From an uncultured Planctomycetia bacterium (GTDB lineage: Bacteria > Planctomycetota > Planctomycetia > Pirellulales > S012-138): DNA of 64,000 nt. Of the stretch, positions 32,971 through 43,896 are shown piece by piece; positions within the stretch are counted from its first letter, which is position 1, and each line of letters opens with the position of its first letter. Both the position numbers and the translations under genes were made by a program. The notes below the pieces were generated by a model. It did not search any database, was not told the origin of the DNA, and saw nothing but the letters and a program-made list of their open reading frames with translations. The stretch covers positions 3,464,408 through 3,528,407 of the forward strand of contig CAWEKV010000001.1 in NCBI GenBank assembly GCA_963809785.1. Reading direction: 5' to 3'.

Positions 32971-33208
32971 TCGTGGGCCTTTGGCGCGTCATGAACCGAA
33001 CTGTTGCTGATTCTACCACGCATGCCCCGAATGCCAGTGCGCACGTCGGCCTTACGGCTCGACGCTCGCCGACTCGCTAGCGGCCCGCCCGGAACGTCTT
33101 GACCACAACGTCTTGACCCCGGCCGCCGCCGGGGGAATAATCCCCGCCCCTTCGGCCCAGGCGTCCGGCCGGGCTACCAGCCTGCCTTTCTTTACTGCGG
33201 AGTCATCA

Positions 33209-33811
33209 ATGCATCCATGGCGCTTCTTGCCGGCCGTTTGCGCGCTGGCGGTTCCGCTCCTGGGCTGCCATTCGCCTTATGCCAGCGACCGGCTGGCCGG
33301 CGCGAGCGCACTTCTGGGCGGCGGTGCCGGCGCCATCATTGGCAGCCAGGGAGGCCATGCCGCGGAAGGCGCGCTGATCGGAGCAGCGCGTAGGCGCGGC
33401 GGGCGGCGCCATCACCGGCGACGCCATCGACACTGCCGAAGCACGCAACCGCCACGTCATCGAGTCGCGCCTTGGCCGCCCGCTGCGGGCCGGCGCGGTG
33501 ACCATGGACGACCTCATCGCCATGACCCGCTCGGGCGTGCCGGAGGAGGTGATCGTCTCGCACATCGAGACGCGAGGCATGGCCCAGGCCCTGACACCCA
33601 ACGACACCATCATCTTGCAGCAGCAGGGAGTCTCGCCGCGCGTCCAACAAGTCGCCCTGAGGATTCGCGGGCCGGTGGTGGTGCGCGGGCGCCGCCGCCG
33701 GTGATCGTCCACGAGCCCTGGCATGGCCCGCCGCATTGTTGGCACTATCACCGCCCTTATTGCCGTCCGCCGCCCGTGGTGGGATTCGGGTTCTCGTATC
33801 ACCACCATTGA
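33209..33811 (+). pseudogene. Lipoprotein with glycine-zipper segment and His/Cys/Pro-rich tail; 2 frame changes
   Basis: MHPWRFLPAVCALAVPLLGC (lipobox), GGGAGAIIGSQGGHAAEGALIGAA, then (ORF 33498-) VTMDDLIAMTRSGVPEEVIVSHIETRGMAQALTPNDTIILQQQGVSPRV. The tail in the first frame is HEPWHGPPHCWHYHRPYCRPPPVVGFGFSYHHH*. Confidence 0.5.
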
Positions 33812-33817
33812 TACCGT

Positions 33818-33939
33818 GGGAGTGCGGGGCCTCGTCACCGCTTTGGGATTCTTGGATGTCGTGCGTTCGGATGACGTGTGGCGGCGAAATCGATCTGGTC
33901 CTCCAAGAATCTCAAAGCGGCGACGAGTCGCCGCACGCC
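33818..33939. repeat. Inverted repeat (38-nt arms) whose arms each contain the self-complementary core gcggcgac..gtcgccgc
   Basis: ggagtgcggggcctcgtcaccgctttgggattcttgga (left arm) against the reverse complement of tccaagaatctcaaagcggcgacgagtcgccgcacgcc. A second copy is at 43897-44006. Confidence 0.85.
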
Positions 33940-33950
33940 AAAGGCGGCAC

Positions 33951-34640
33951 TCACTTGGCCTCGAACTTCTCTTCGGCCGCGCTGCGTCGGAAGTACTGCG
34001 GCACGAGCTGGTAGACATCGTCGCGCCGTCCGGAGCGATAGTGACGCAGGGCCAGCCGCCCGACGGCCACGGCGGTGGGCTGCCAGAGCTGCCGCTCGAC
34101 CGTTCGCACACCAGCACCGAGGCGCTGGGCGATCTTGTCCAGCAGCGGCCCGGTGACCCAGGCTTTGGCGTCCTGCTTGGCAGCCCAAGCGGTGAGCCAT
34201 TCTTCCGTGTCCACGATCTGCGTTGGCCGAAGCCAGACAAGCTCATCGCGCTCGTCCCGAGCCAGGCTGCCGGAGAAGAACTGCTGCCGCTGTGCATCGA
34301 GTACCACTTCCACCGGCGAGCATTCCGCCGGCGCCTGCGAGGCAATGACCTCCAGGGTATTGACGGCGAGCACCTGGCAGCCGACGGCATAGGCAAACGT
34401 CTTGGCCGTCGTCACCCCCAGCCGCAGGCCGGTGAACGAGCCGGGGCCGGACGCCACGGCCACAAGCTGCACGTCGGCCGCACACCAGCCGGCTTGCTCC
34501 AGCACGTCGCGCATGGCCGGAGCCAGCACGCGGGCGGTGCGCTGGGCCGGGTCGAGCGTGGCCGCCGCCAGCAGTTGCTCATCGTCGAGCGCGGTGACGC
34601 TGCCGGCACTGCCGGAAGTCTCCAGGGCGAGGATCCTCAT
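33951..34640 (-). CDS. tsaB: tRNA threonylcarbamoyladenosine biosynthesis protein TsaB
   Basis: Intact 229-aa ORF: MRILALETSGSAGSV..VAVASGPGSFTGLRLGVTTAKTFAYAVG. Confidence 0.85.
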   Translation of the reverse strand: MRILALETSGSAGSVTALDDEQLLAAATLDPAQRTARVLAPAMRDVLEQAGWCAADVQLVAVASGPGSFTGLRLGVTTAKTFAYAVGCQVLAVNTLEVIASQAPAECSPVEVVLDAQRQQFFSGSLARDERDELVWLRPTQIVDTEEWLTAWAAKQDAKAWVTGPLLDKIAQRLGAGVRTVERQLWQPTAVAVGRLALRHYRSGRRDDVYQLVPQYFRRSAAEEKFEAK

Positions 34641-34674
34641 GGGGATAAGTACCTCGCCCGACGATCCTCAGATA

Positions 34675-34755
34675 AACGTCGAACGTCCAACGTCCAATGT
34701 CCAACGTCGAACTGTTGGACGTTGGACGTTGGGCGTTGGACGTTCGGACGTTCGG
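34675..34755. repeat. Hairpin with arms made of tandem 7-nt units (gtccaac / gttggac)
   Basis: aacgtcgaacgtccaacgtccaatgtccaacgtcgaac t gttggacgttggacgttgggcgttggacgttcggacgttcgg, between the mch stop and the tsaB start. Confidence 0.9.
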
Positions 34756-34783
34756 CACGGATTCATTGCCCCCTCCTCGCTGG

Positions 34784-35744
34784 TCAGCCTCCGAACGACC
34801 GCCGCAGCACCTCTGGCGCCAGACTGCCGTACCGGAACGACCGCCCGGTGTCGAGGTTCATCAGCGTCACCACCGCCGGGCTGAACAGCCGCGGGTCGAT
34901 CTTGTAGAAGTCGCGGCCATAGCGCTCGAAGACCTCCGCGAAGGGCTGCTCCGTGATCGGACGAGGCGCTGCTGGGCACCAGCGGGCCGATCTCCTGCAA
35001 GCTGCGGTCGTCGCCCGTCACCCACAGCGTGGCTTCGCCGCCATACAGCATGGCGTCGTTCGTGCGGCCGATGCCGGTCAGATCGTCAGCGGCCACCGGC
35101 GGCAGCGGCGCCGAGCCGAAGCCGCTCACCACGCGGTGTAGGTCGAACCCAAGCTCGTGCAGCTTGTGCAGCGCCGTCTCGACGCTACGGGCCACGACCT
35201 GCACGGTGCCGGCCAGGCTCGCCGTCGGCGCCGCCAGAAGCGTCAGCCGCTGGAGGGCGACGTGGCACTCCTCGGCGATGTGACGGCACACCTCGGGCGT
35301 TGGCAGCTTGCCCGTCTCTAGCACGCCGACGGCCGCCTCGGGCCGTTCGACGTGGCCGATGTGCTGAAACAGCTCTTCCTTAGCCGCGGCGGCGCGCATC
35401 GGGCCGGAGCCCATCGCGAAGTACCCATCGTGCGAGATTTGCCAGCCGGCGTATTGGGCGGCCATGCAGGCGGCGAGGGGCCGATCGGTGCGGACGACGA
35501 CCAGCGGCCCGCGAATCGCGTCGCCCTGGATATCGCCGACGCTGCCCGGCACGAGCTCGACTTTGCCGGCGCCGGCCAGACAGATTTCGGCCAGTCGGCG
35601 GCCGGCCTCGAGTCCGCCGCGGACCTCGATGCCGCAGTCGATAACCTGAGCGCCGCCGATGCGCTGCGGCGCAACGCGCAGCTCCGCCGCATCGCGGCCC
35701 ATGACGGCGGCCAACTCCTCGGCTCGGCGATTGAGATCGTTCAT
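34784..35744 (-). CDS. mch: Methenyltetrahydromethanopterin cyclohydrolase (one frame change near 34960)
   Basis: From ATG 35744: MNDLNRRAEELA..VIDCGIEVRGGLEAGRRLAEICLAG..AQYAGWQI..YFAMGSGPMRA..TVQVVARSVETALHKLHELGFD..GRTNDAMLYGG. The C-terminus ..FYKIDPRLFSPAVVTLMNLDTGRSFRYGSLAPEVLRRSFGG* is in the adjacent frame. Confidence 0.8.
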
Positions 35745-35801
35745 CGCCTCAGTTTCATCGCTTTGGGCCTCAGCGACAAGGGCCGGCACGTGACTCCTAC
35801 T

Positions 35802-35848
35802 CCCCCTCTCCCCCCAGGGAGAGGGCGATTGCGCGTCGGGCTAGTGTC
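35802..35848. repeat. Partial copy of the GC-rich palindrome family (ccctctcccc..ggagaggg + ttgcgcgtcgggctagtgt)
   Basis: Shares ...cgcttgcgcgtcgggttggtgtgg-like sequence with 29782-29813 and 15908-15937. Confidence 0.6.
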
Positions 35849-35878
35849 GCGCAGACGATCTGACGGCATACTGCCGCC

Positions 35879-36500
35879 TCAGACGCGTTCGATCGCATCG
35901 AGCGAGAGCCCTAGCACGGCCTCACAGCGAGGCGACCAGGGATGCGCCGCGGGAGAAGGCCGCACGTGCGATTGCCCCACTTGGGCATCCGCGGAGACGC
36001 GCTTCGTGGCGCGAGAGCGGCTCTTGGGGGCGGCGCGGCCGTTGGACCGGCGCAGCGCCAAGCCCAGGAATAGCAAGAATTGCCCGGCCAAGGCCGTGAC
36101 GAGCCCCCAATTCCAAAGGTCGTCGCGCTCGGTGAGTTCGCCTGCCAGGCGAAGCTGCGCAGCACGCCAGGAGCCCGGCGCCAAAGGTCAGCCCCATTCC
36201 GCCGGTGCACACCACGAGCCACGTCGGCGCACCCCAGATTCGCCCGGAGGGCGGGCTGCCGGATCGCCTGCGGCGGCGCTTGTGAGGCCGAGCACCGTGA
36301 GGCGGGCCAAAGAGATCGGCCACACCCAGGGGGGCGTGATTCTCATGCGGCGGATCGATCCGCAGCAGCCGCCGCGCACGCCGCAGATCGTCCAGCAGCT
36401 CCGCATCGTCCAGCAGGCGTCGCGGATCGTCGTCGCAGCGCACCGCGATGTCGGCTGATCGCTGGGCCGTTTCGTCGTGGCGGCTGTGCGAGCACTCCAT
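35879..36500 (-). CDS. Hypothetical membrane protein (one frame change near 36190)
   Basis: ORF 35922-36500 (MECSHSRHDETAQRSADIAVRCDDDPRRLLDDAELLDDLRR..) joins ORF 35879-36184 (..DDLWNWGLVTALAGQFLLFLGLALRR..). I recognise no family. Confidence 0.4.
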
Positions 36501-36729
36501 GCTGTCGTCCGACTACGTAGGATAGGCTTCTAGCTTATCGGATTGGTGGGCGGCCGGAAGCTGCCCTACGGAGCATCGTCGCCGCCCTTATCGTCCTTCT
36601 GCCCAGGCAAACTGGAGAGAATCTGCCGCGCGGCTCGCGTCGCCAGCTTGCCTCGCTGGCATCGCCTTGCAAAACACCGCCAGGCGATTATGTTGATTCT
36701 AGGGGCCTGAAGGGGCACATCTTCGCAGT

Positions 36730-38687
36730 ATGTCTATGGCCGACGCACCTGTTGCCGCAGTCGGGATTGATCTGGGCACCACGTTCTCGGTCGTGGCCCA
36801 CCTGGATGCGAGCGGCCGGCCTTGCACGATCCCCAACGCCGAAGGGGACCTCGTCACCCCCAGCGTGGTGTGGTTCGACGACGAAGGGGTGATCGTCGGC
36901 AAGGAGGCCGTGAAGGCCGCACGCACTGACCCGGACCGCGTCGCCGCCTGCGCCAAGCGCGACATGGGGGCGGCCTATTACTCGCGGGCCATCGGCGGCG
37001 AGAAGCTGCCGCCGGAAGTGGTGCAGTCGCTCGTGCTGCGCAAGCTCAAGGCCGACGCCGAGCTGATGGTCGGGCCGTTCGAGAAGGCCGTGATCACCGT
37101 GCCGGCCTACTTCAACGAACCCCGCCGCAAGGCCACCCAGGACGCCGGACGGATCGCCGGCCTGGACGTGATCGACATCATCAACGAGCCGACCGCCGCG
37201 GCCATCGCCTACGGCGTCCGCCAGGGCTACCTTACCGACGATGGGGCCGCGCGAGCCCGAGCGGATCCTCGTCTACGACCTGGGCGGCGGCACGTTCGAC
37301 GTCACGGTGATGCTGATCGACGGTATCAACTACCAGACCATCGCTACGGCCGGCGACGTGTTCCTGGGCGGCATCGACTGGGACAACCGCATCGTCGATT
37401 TCGTGGCGGAGAAGTTCGCCGAGCAGCACGGCCTCGATCCACGAGACGACTCCCTCAGCCGCCAGCGCCTGCTTCAAGACGCGGAAGACGCCAAGCGGGC
37501 CCTGAGCGCGCAGGCAGGAGGTCTGGTTCTCGTTCGACCATCAAGGGCACGCCGTCCGCATTCGCCTCTCGCGGAGCAAGTTCGAGGAGCTGACCGCAGA
37601 CCTGCTCGACCGGACCCGCTTCACCTCGCAGCGCGTGCTCCGCGACGCCGGACTGGCCTGGAGCGACCTGACGCGCGTGCTGCTCTGCGGCGGATCGAGC
37701 CGTATGCCGATGGTCCGCACTATGCTCGAGGCCGACTCGGGCAGGACGATCGACCGCTCGATGTCGTTCGAGGAGGCGGTCGCGCATGGCGCCGCCATCT
37801 ACGCCGGCATGCTCGTGGCAAAAGCTGGTGGCGAGCCGCCCCGCGTTTCGGTCCGCAATGTCAATTCGCACGACTTGGGCGTGCTGGGCATCGAGCCAGG
37901 CACGAACCGGCCCCGGCGGAAGGTGCTCATCCCCCGCAACACCGTGCTGCCGGCGACCCATAGCAGCCATTTCGTGACGCACGTCAAAGGCCAGAAGACC
38001 GTCTCCGTGCCGGTCATCGAAGGGGGTGACGCCAGCGGCAACAACTCCGCGGCCATCGGCAAATGCGTGGTCCGCAGCCTGCCCAAGGGGCTGCCCAAGG
38101 GCACGTCGGTTGTCGTCAATTTCACCTATGCCGACAACGGCCGGCTGACCGTCAGCGCTACACTGCCCGAGCTGGAGAACGCCGGCGCGACGATGACGAT
38201 CCAGCGGGCCACCGGCCTCAGCGACGAGCAAGTGCAGCACTGGCGGGAGCGCATCGACCAGGGGCTGAAGCTGGCCGCCCAGGCCGACGAGAACGATGCG
38301 GAGACGCCGGAAGATGCCAGCGACGCGCCGGCAGCTCCGCCGCGCCGCAAGGTGAAGGCGCGGCCGCTGCCCCGTGCCGACGAGGATGCGGAAGACGCCA
38401 CGGAAAATGGAGAGGAGGACGCGGCAGAAGCCAACGCCGAAGCGAACGCCGACGGCAACCTGCTGGACCTCGACGCCACGATCTATGCCAGCGAGGACAC
38501 CGTGGAAGAGACGGCCGCCACGCTGGATTTTCTCTCGCAGTTGGGCGACAAACCGAGTGACCCGCCGCCGAAGAAGGCCCCTCCCCCATCGCCGCCCAAG
38601 AAGGGTGCCACTCCGCCAGCGGATGACGAGAAGGCCGATCCGGACGATGACGATGCCCTGGGGAACTTCCTGAAGGGGCTCGGGTAG
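36730..38687 (+). pseudogene. Hsp70-family (DnaK-like) ATPase with acidic/proline-rich tail; two frame changes (~37245, ~37520)
   Basis: AVGIDLGTTFSVVA, VITVPAYFNEPRRKATQDAGRIAGLDVIDIINEPTAAAIAYG, then ILVYDLGGGTFDVTV (ORF 37241-), then LLCGGSSRMPMVRTML..EAVAHGAAIYA (ORF 37635-38687). The C-terminal ~150 aa are Asp/Glu/Ala/Pro-rich. Confidence 0.8.
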
Positions 38688-38699
38688 CGCCGCCAGGAC

Positions 38700-39430
38700 T
38701 CAGGTGCGCAGCACCTTCGCCAGCAGCGAGTCGGCCGCCTTCTGGCATTCCGGATACCAGCCGTGGTCCTTGTCCTTGGCGCCGGCGCCGCGTTCGATGC
38801 TCACGAAGCCCTCTTCCGCTTCCTTCCCGTACAACGAACGGATGCGCCGCCGGCGGTCCGTTCGCCGTAGCCGATCGCATCCGGGGCGAGCGTGACGTAG
38901 CCCCGCTCGGCGTAGTAGACGGCGTGCGTCATCCACGGCAAGCTGGCCTTGACGCCCGCCGGCTCATCCTTGCCCTGCGGCAGCGTCTGGTGCAGCGTGA
39001 TCACCGCCGGCCGCGGCAACTTGGGCCCCTTGGGCACCAGCAGCCACGCCCGGATTTCCGACGCATGCTCTGCCGCCGAGGGCAGCGTGCGAAAGCCGAC
39101 CTTGTGCCGAGTGTACTTGTCGAATTCCCGCTGCTCGATCACGCGGGCGCGAAGGTCTGGCCGTTTCTCCGGCCATGGGCCAATCAGCTCGCGGAGGGCA
39201 TTTTCGTACAGCGCGCGCTCCTTCTTCCACGCGTCGAGCGTGGCGGCGGCCAACGGCTGGAGCGGCTTGCCCGACTGGGGAGTGCGCGTGGTCAGCTTGC
39301 CGAGCCGCCGCTGGCGGAGCCACGCTGCCGGATCGAACGGGTCCGGCGGCTCGGCGGCTGGTGTCGCGGTGGCGACGCCCAGGCTGCCGGCCAGAGCAAG
39401 GGATTGGCGAAGTAACTCGCGACGGTCCAT
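38700..39430 (-). CDS. Alpha/beta hydrolase (dienelactone hydrolase / acetyl-esterase-like) with Tat-type signal; one frame change near 38860
   Basis: MDRRELLRQSLALAGSLGVATA; ..WLLVPKGPKLPRPAVITLHQT..AERGYVTLAPDAIGYGER. The C-terminus is in ORF 38700-38936. Confidence 0.55.
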
Positions 39431-39440
39431 GTGCGGTCCC

Positions 39441-41050
39441 TTAGCCATCCGGCAGCAGCACGAACACACCGAACTCCGGCGCCGTGTGAACGGGAGTAAA
39501 CTGGACCTCTCCAATCGGCTTGGCGTGGACCAGGCCCTTCATCGGGATGGAGACTTCGCGGCCTTCGTAGATGCCGGCGGCCACCGGCTCGCCGAAGAGG
39601 TTCTGAGCATCCATGATGCGATACTTTTGTCGGATCTTCAGGCCGCTTGCCAAAAGATCGACGCTTACCGCGGGCCGATGGTCCCAATTGTAGATCGTGA
39701 TGTTCGCGCGACCCGGCTCGTAGCGATTGGGACGCACGAAGCGGTCGATGCCTTTGGGCCGCTCGGTCGTGTACGAGCTGCGGCCATCGAAACGCGTAGC
39801 TTTGCTCCACTCATCGAAGGCCAGGTTGGCCCCTCCGAAGCGGTTCGTCGCCCCGGGGAACAGGAATGGATGCCGCTGGGTTGTGGCGTCGAAGTAGCGG
39901 TTCTTGTCCCAGACGTAGGCCGGCGCGTCGCCCCCCACCTTCGCACCCTTCGCCCGCGCGGGAAAGGCTTGCGCCAAGCTCTGGTCGGAATTGCGGTTGC
40001 CCGACGCCTGGGCTTGGATCGTGTTGCCGCGGACGGTTGCGCGCTTCCAGTTCCTCACCACCAGGGCGACGGAGCCGCCGATGACGTGATTGTCCTTCAC
40101 GATCACCTCGCCGTTGTGTTCGTTCTGGTAGCCCAGTTGCAGATTAGTTGCCAGCACGCGCGGCGCATGGTAGAGGTAACAGTTGGCGACCTTGATGCGA
40201 TCGGCAGGGTGGTCGGTCGTGCCGACGAAGAGGTTGCTCATCTTGTCGAGCTTGTCCCCCTCAAGCGATGCCCAGCCGTTGTTGAAGCTGGTCACGCCCT
40301 CGAAGTGCAGCCCTTCGACGAAGCCTTCCTCGCTGTAGCCCTTCATGCCGGTGGCGTGGTTGTTGAACGAGATCACGTCGCGGATGAGCTTGGTGCCGGT
40401 GCGGTTCTGGACGTAGAGCCCGTGGCCATGTCCGCGCGCGGGATCGATGACACCGTTATTGTAGGTCAGGCAGCCGTAGACCTCGGCATCGACGGCCGAC
40501 TGCCAAAGACCGAAGCCGCCCAGCGTGTCGTGGACGATGAGATTGATGAACTTCGTGTGCGGGCCAAGGACGTTGACGCCCACGCCTCGCACCCGGTCGG
40601 GGCTGGCCGGGTCGTCCACGTTGACCCGCTTGTGGTAACGCGGGTGGGATCGGAGTTCATCACCTCGAAGCCCCAGTACCAGGCGTGCTCTCCCCGGACG
40701 GTCAGCGTGTTGGCCGGGAATCCGCGGCCGTCGAGCGTGGCCCGCGCACCGAGGACCTGGCGGACGACGATCGGCGCAGCGGCCTTACCCGCCAGATGGC
40801 TCGTGAACGCGCCCCGGTACGTGCCACCGAGCAGCCAGACCGTGTCGCCGGGCCTGGCGGGACTCTTCTCTGACAGGGCCGTGGCCAGATCGAGCGGCCG
40901 CCCCTGGCTCCCATCGCCCGTCGGCGAACCGTCCGGGGAGACGAAGTAATCGTGGGCGGTGCCCTGGGGAGCCATGAGAAGGGCCGCGACCAGGGTCACG
41001 GCCATGACTTCCGCGAAAGGATGCGTCGCAGGGGATCTTGGCATAGTCAC
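39441..41050 (-). CDS. Secreted right-handed parallel beta-helix protein (pectate-lyase fold); one frame change near 40625
   Basis: N-terminus in ORF 40466-41050 (signal, then DYFVSPDGSPTGDGSQGRPLDLATAL..PGDTVWLLGGTYRG). Body in intact ORF 39441-40619, with repeated ..N.VI.D..HG.GLYVQN.. / ..GN.I.. turns. Confidence 0.65.
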
Positions 41051-41098
41051 CCGTCCCGGACGATGCCGACGCCGTGGGGAGCGACGCTCGCCGACACG

Positions 41099-41569
41099 CT
41101 ACCACGCGAAGTGGGCAAAGGCCTTGTTGGCGTCGGCCATGCGGTGGACGTTCTCGCGGCGGGTGACGGCGGCGCCTTCGCGGTTGTAGGCGGCCATCAG
41201 CTCGGCAGCCAGCTTTTCGGCCATCGGCCGGCCTTTCTTCTCCCGGCAAGCCTGGATGATCCAGCGAAAGGCCAGCGACTGCTGCCGGCGGCTGTTGACC
41301 TGCATCGGCACCTGGTAGGCGGCTCCGCCGACGCGGCGGGAGCGGACCTCGATCGACGGGCGGACGTTGGCCACGGCCTGGTTGAAGACCTCGATCGGCT
41401 CGACGTCCTTGATCTTCTTCTTGATCTCGTCCATCGCGTCGTAGAAGAGCCGCAAGGCGACGGTCTTCTTACCGCCCCACATCAGGCAATTGATGAACTT
41501 GCCGGCCAACAGCGATTTATAGCGCGGCTCCGGCTCGAGCTGAGTGCGGCTTTGCGTGATGCGTCCCAC
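41099..41569 (-). CDS. rpsG: 30S ribosomal protein S7
   Basis: Intact 156-aa ORF: ..[68 protein letters not shown]. Confidence 0.97.
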   Translation of the reverse strand: MGRITQSRTQLEPEPRYKSLLAGKFINCLMWGGKKTVALRLFYDAMDEIKKKIKDVEPIEVFNQAVANVRPSIEVRSRRVGGAAYQVPMQVNSRRQQSLAFRWIIQACREKKGRPMAEKLAAELMAAYNREGAAVTRRENVHRMADANKAFAHFAW

Positions 41570-41606
41570 GGCGGTATGGTCCTCAGATGGCTGACGATAC
41601 TTGTAT

Positions 41607-41703
41607 CACTTTGCATTTTGCATTTTGCGTTTTGCACTTTGCACTTTGCATAGACCGCTCGCTCCAGCCGGAATGCAAAATGCAAATTGAAAAATGCAAA
41701 ATG
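41607..41703. repeat. Hairpin with arms made of tandem 7-nt units (ttttgca / tgcaaaa) in the rpsL-rpsG spacer
   Basis: cactttgcattttgcattttgcgttttgcactttgcactttgca .. aatgcaaaatgcaaattgaaaaatgcaaaatg. Strongly AT-rich compared with the flanks. Confidence 0.9.
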
Positions 41704-41732
41704 GGTTCGTTGCGACACCGTGATGGCGGGGC

Positions 41733-42104
41733 CTAGCTCGGTTGCTTGGCTCCGTATCGGCTACGCGCCTGGCGACGGTTCTGCACGCCGGTGGTGTCCA
41801 GCGCCCCGCGAATCACTTGATACCGAACGCCCGGCAAATCGCGAATGCGCCCGCCGCGCACCAGCACGATCGAGTGTTCCTGCAAGGCGTGCCCTTCGCC
41901 GGGGATGTAGACGGTGACTTCCTTGCCGTTGGAAAGCCGTACGCGGGTGATCTTTCGCAGGGCCGAGTTGGGCTTCTTGGGGGTCATCGTTTTGACCTGC
42001 AAGCACACGCCCCGCTTCTGGGCGCAGCGGTCGAGCACGGCGGCCTTGCTGGAGCGCCGCTGAACGCGCCGCGGCTTGCGGACAAGCTGATTGATGGTAG
42101 GCAT
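41733..42104 (-). CDS. rpsL: 30S ribosomal protein S12
   Basis: Intact 123-aa ORF: [61 protein letters not shown]. Confidence 0.97.
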   Translation of the reverse strand: MPTINQLVRKPRRVQRRSSKAAVLDRCAQKRGVCLQVKTMTPKKPNSALRKITRVRLSNGKEVTVYIPGEGHALQEHSIVLVRGGRIRDLPGVRYQVIRGALDTTGVQNRRQARSRYGAKQPS

Positions 42105-42163
42105 GCTTTCGGGCTTAGGGCTTCGGCGATGGAACCCCTATTGGGCAGTTTGGCGAAACCCAA

Positions 42164-42191
42164 AGCCTAGCCAACCGCGGCGGAGTGTCAA
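42164..42191 (-). promoter_or_regulatory. Candidate sigma-70 promoter for rpsL (TTGACA-16-TAGGCT on the minus strand)
   Basis: The reverse complement of 42186-42191 is ttgaca and that of 42164-42169 is taggct. About 60 nt upstream of the rpsL ATG. Confidence 0.4.
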
Positions 42192-42217
42192 GGCCGGCCG
42201 CATCGGCCTCCGCCCGA

Positions 42218-42288
42218 GTCTGAAGTCTGAAGCCCGAAGCACACGTCGGGCTGACGCCTCGACGCTCGCCACCTGACGCCTCGACGCT
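42218..42288. repeat. Short direct repeats: gtctgaag x2 and ctgacgcctcgacgct x2
   Basis: gtctgaagtctgaag at 42218-42232; ctgacgcctcgacgct at 42251-42266 and again at 42273-42288. Confidence 0.8.
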
Positions 42289-42291
42289 TGC

Positions 42292-43774
42292 TTAGACCCA
42301 GATGTCCGACGTGGAGTCGCCGCCGGGGAAGCGGATTTCGTGGGCGCGGGCGGGGCCGTGCGGCTCCTTGCCGAAATCGACGAGGAACCGCTCGTTGAGC
42401 GTCAGGCCGCCCTTGGCCGTGTCGCAGTCGAGCTGCGAGCAGGTACGAGCCCTTCTTGGCCATGTCGGGATAGAACTGGTTGTCCCAACTGCTGAAGAGC
42501 GAGTTGGTGACGTAGAGCCGCTTGCCGTCGAGGCTGAGCTGCAGCATCTGCGGGCCGCCCGCGAAGTCGGCCGCCACGCAGCTTGCCGCTGCTTGCCGAG
42601 CACGCCGCCCAGCCATACCTGGCCGGTCAGCTTCGGCTTGGCCGGATCGCTGACGTCGTACTGGCGAATGTCGCCGTGCAGCCAGTTGGAGAAATAGAGC
42701 CAGCGGTCGTCCAGCGAGAGCACCAGGTCGGTGATCAGCCCCGGCACCGGGAAGCGGCCAGCCCTTTTGCTCGACCGGCTCGACCTGAATCACCTTGTCG
42801 GCCTGCCACTTGTCGGGCTTCGTCGGCGTTCTTGCCGCCCTTGTGGAAGTGCCAGATCACGCTGGAGAGCGCCGCGCCGACGAAGCCGTGCGTGCTGTCG
42901 GGGTTGTGGTGGAAGCGGACTTCCAGCGGGATCATGCCCCTTCGCCCAGGTCGATGGTCTGCTTCGAGCTCGCGCGCTCTTCCAGTCCCAGAAGTGAGAG
43001 GCGCTGGCCGTACTTGCCGGCCTTCACGTCTTCCAGCTTGAAGCCCGGCCGCGGACGGTGTTCGGGGCGGCCCACTCGCTGCAGACCATGACGTTGTGCC
43101 GCGGCTGGTACCAGAAGTCGTAGTTGAACTGCATGCCCTTGGTGTCGCGCTCCCAGCGGCCGGCGATCTCGAACTCCTGGTCGAGCAGCAGGAAGCCGCC
43201 GGGGCCGTTGCCCTCCGCGTCGCCGAGCATCGAGATCATGATCTGCCCGTCGGGCAGGCAGTGCACGGTGTGCGGCGCGGTGAGCTTGGTCTTGCGGACG
43301 ATCTCGTCCGGCTCGATGACCTTGTGCAGCTTCGGCGCGGCGGGATCGGCCGTGTCGACGATGTGAATGCGGCTGGCCCCCAGGCCGGGCACGACCAGGT
43401 AGCGCCGCGTCTTCGTGTCGTCGCCGTGGCAACTGCTGCAGGCGTTCCAGCCGAAGTGGTGCAGCTCGTCGCCGACGTTGGGCATCGGCAGCGCGGTGGA
43501 TGACCTGCGAGTAGGTCTTCGAGCCGGGATCGACGTCGACCGTGGCCAGGTAGTCCGGCTTGGCCACGTCGGTGCCGACGTAGATCGCCGGCACATAGGC
43601 CAGCTTCTCGCGCGGGGCCTTCATCGCCTCCGCCGGCGAGGCGTAGGTGCAATGGCACGTATCGGCGGCCGGCGCGGCCTTGTCTTCGCGGGCGCCCAGC
43701 AAGCGGGGAAACGAAGAGGCCGCGGCACCGGCTACAGTCGTGGAGAGGAATTGTCGGCGATGCATGGCGGTCAC
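42292..43774 (-). pseudogene. Selenium-binding protein (SBP56) / methanethiol-oxidase family with Tat signal; at least 4 frame changes
   Basis: [22 protein letters not shown] (Tat); ..[82 protein letters not shown] (ORF 43024-), ..[32 protein letters not shown] (ORF 42292-), ..LSLDGKRLYVTNSLFSSWDNQFYP..EIRFPGGDSTSDIWV*. Confidence 0.8.
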
Positions 43775-43896
43775 CTCGAGGGGGCGGAAGAAGCGATCAA
43801 CCGCGCATTAGCATAACCAAGACGGGCGTCCTCTGCCGAGCCGGCCGTCGCGGTTTTCGGGCAAGCCGGTGGAACCAGCGGCTTGCCTGAAAGCTT

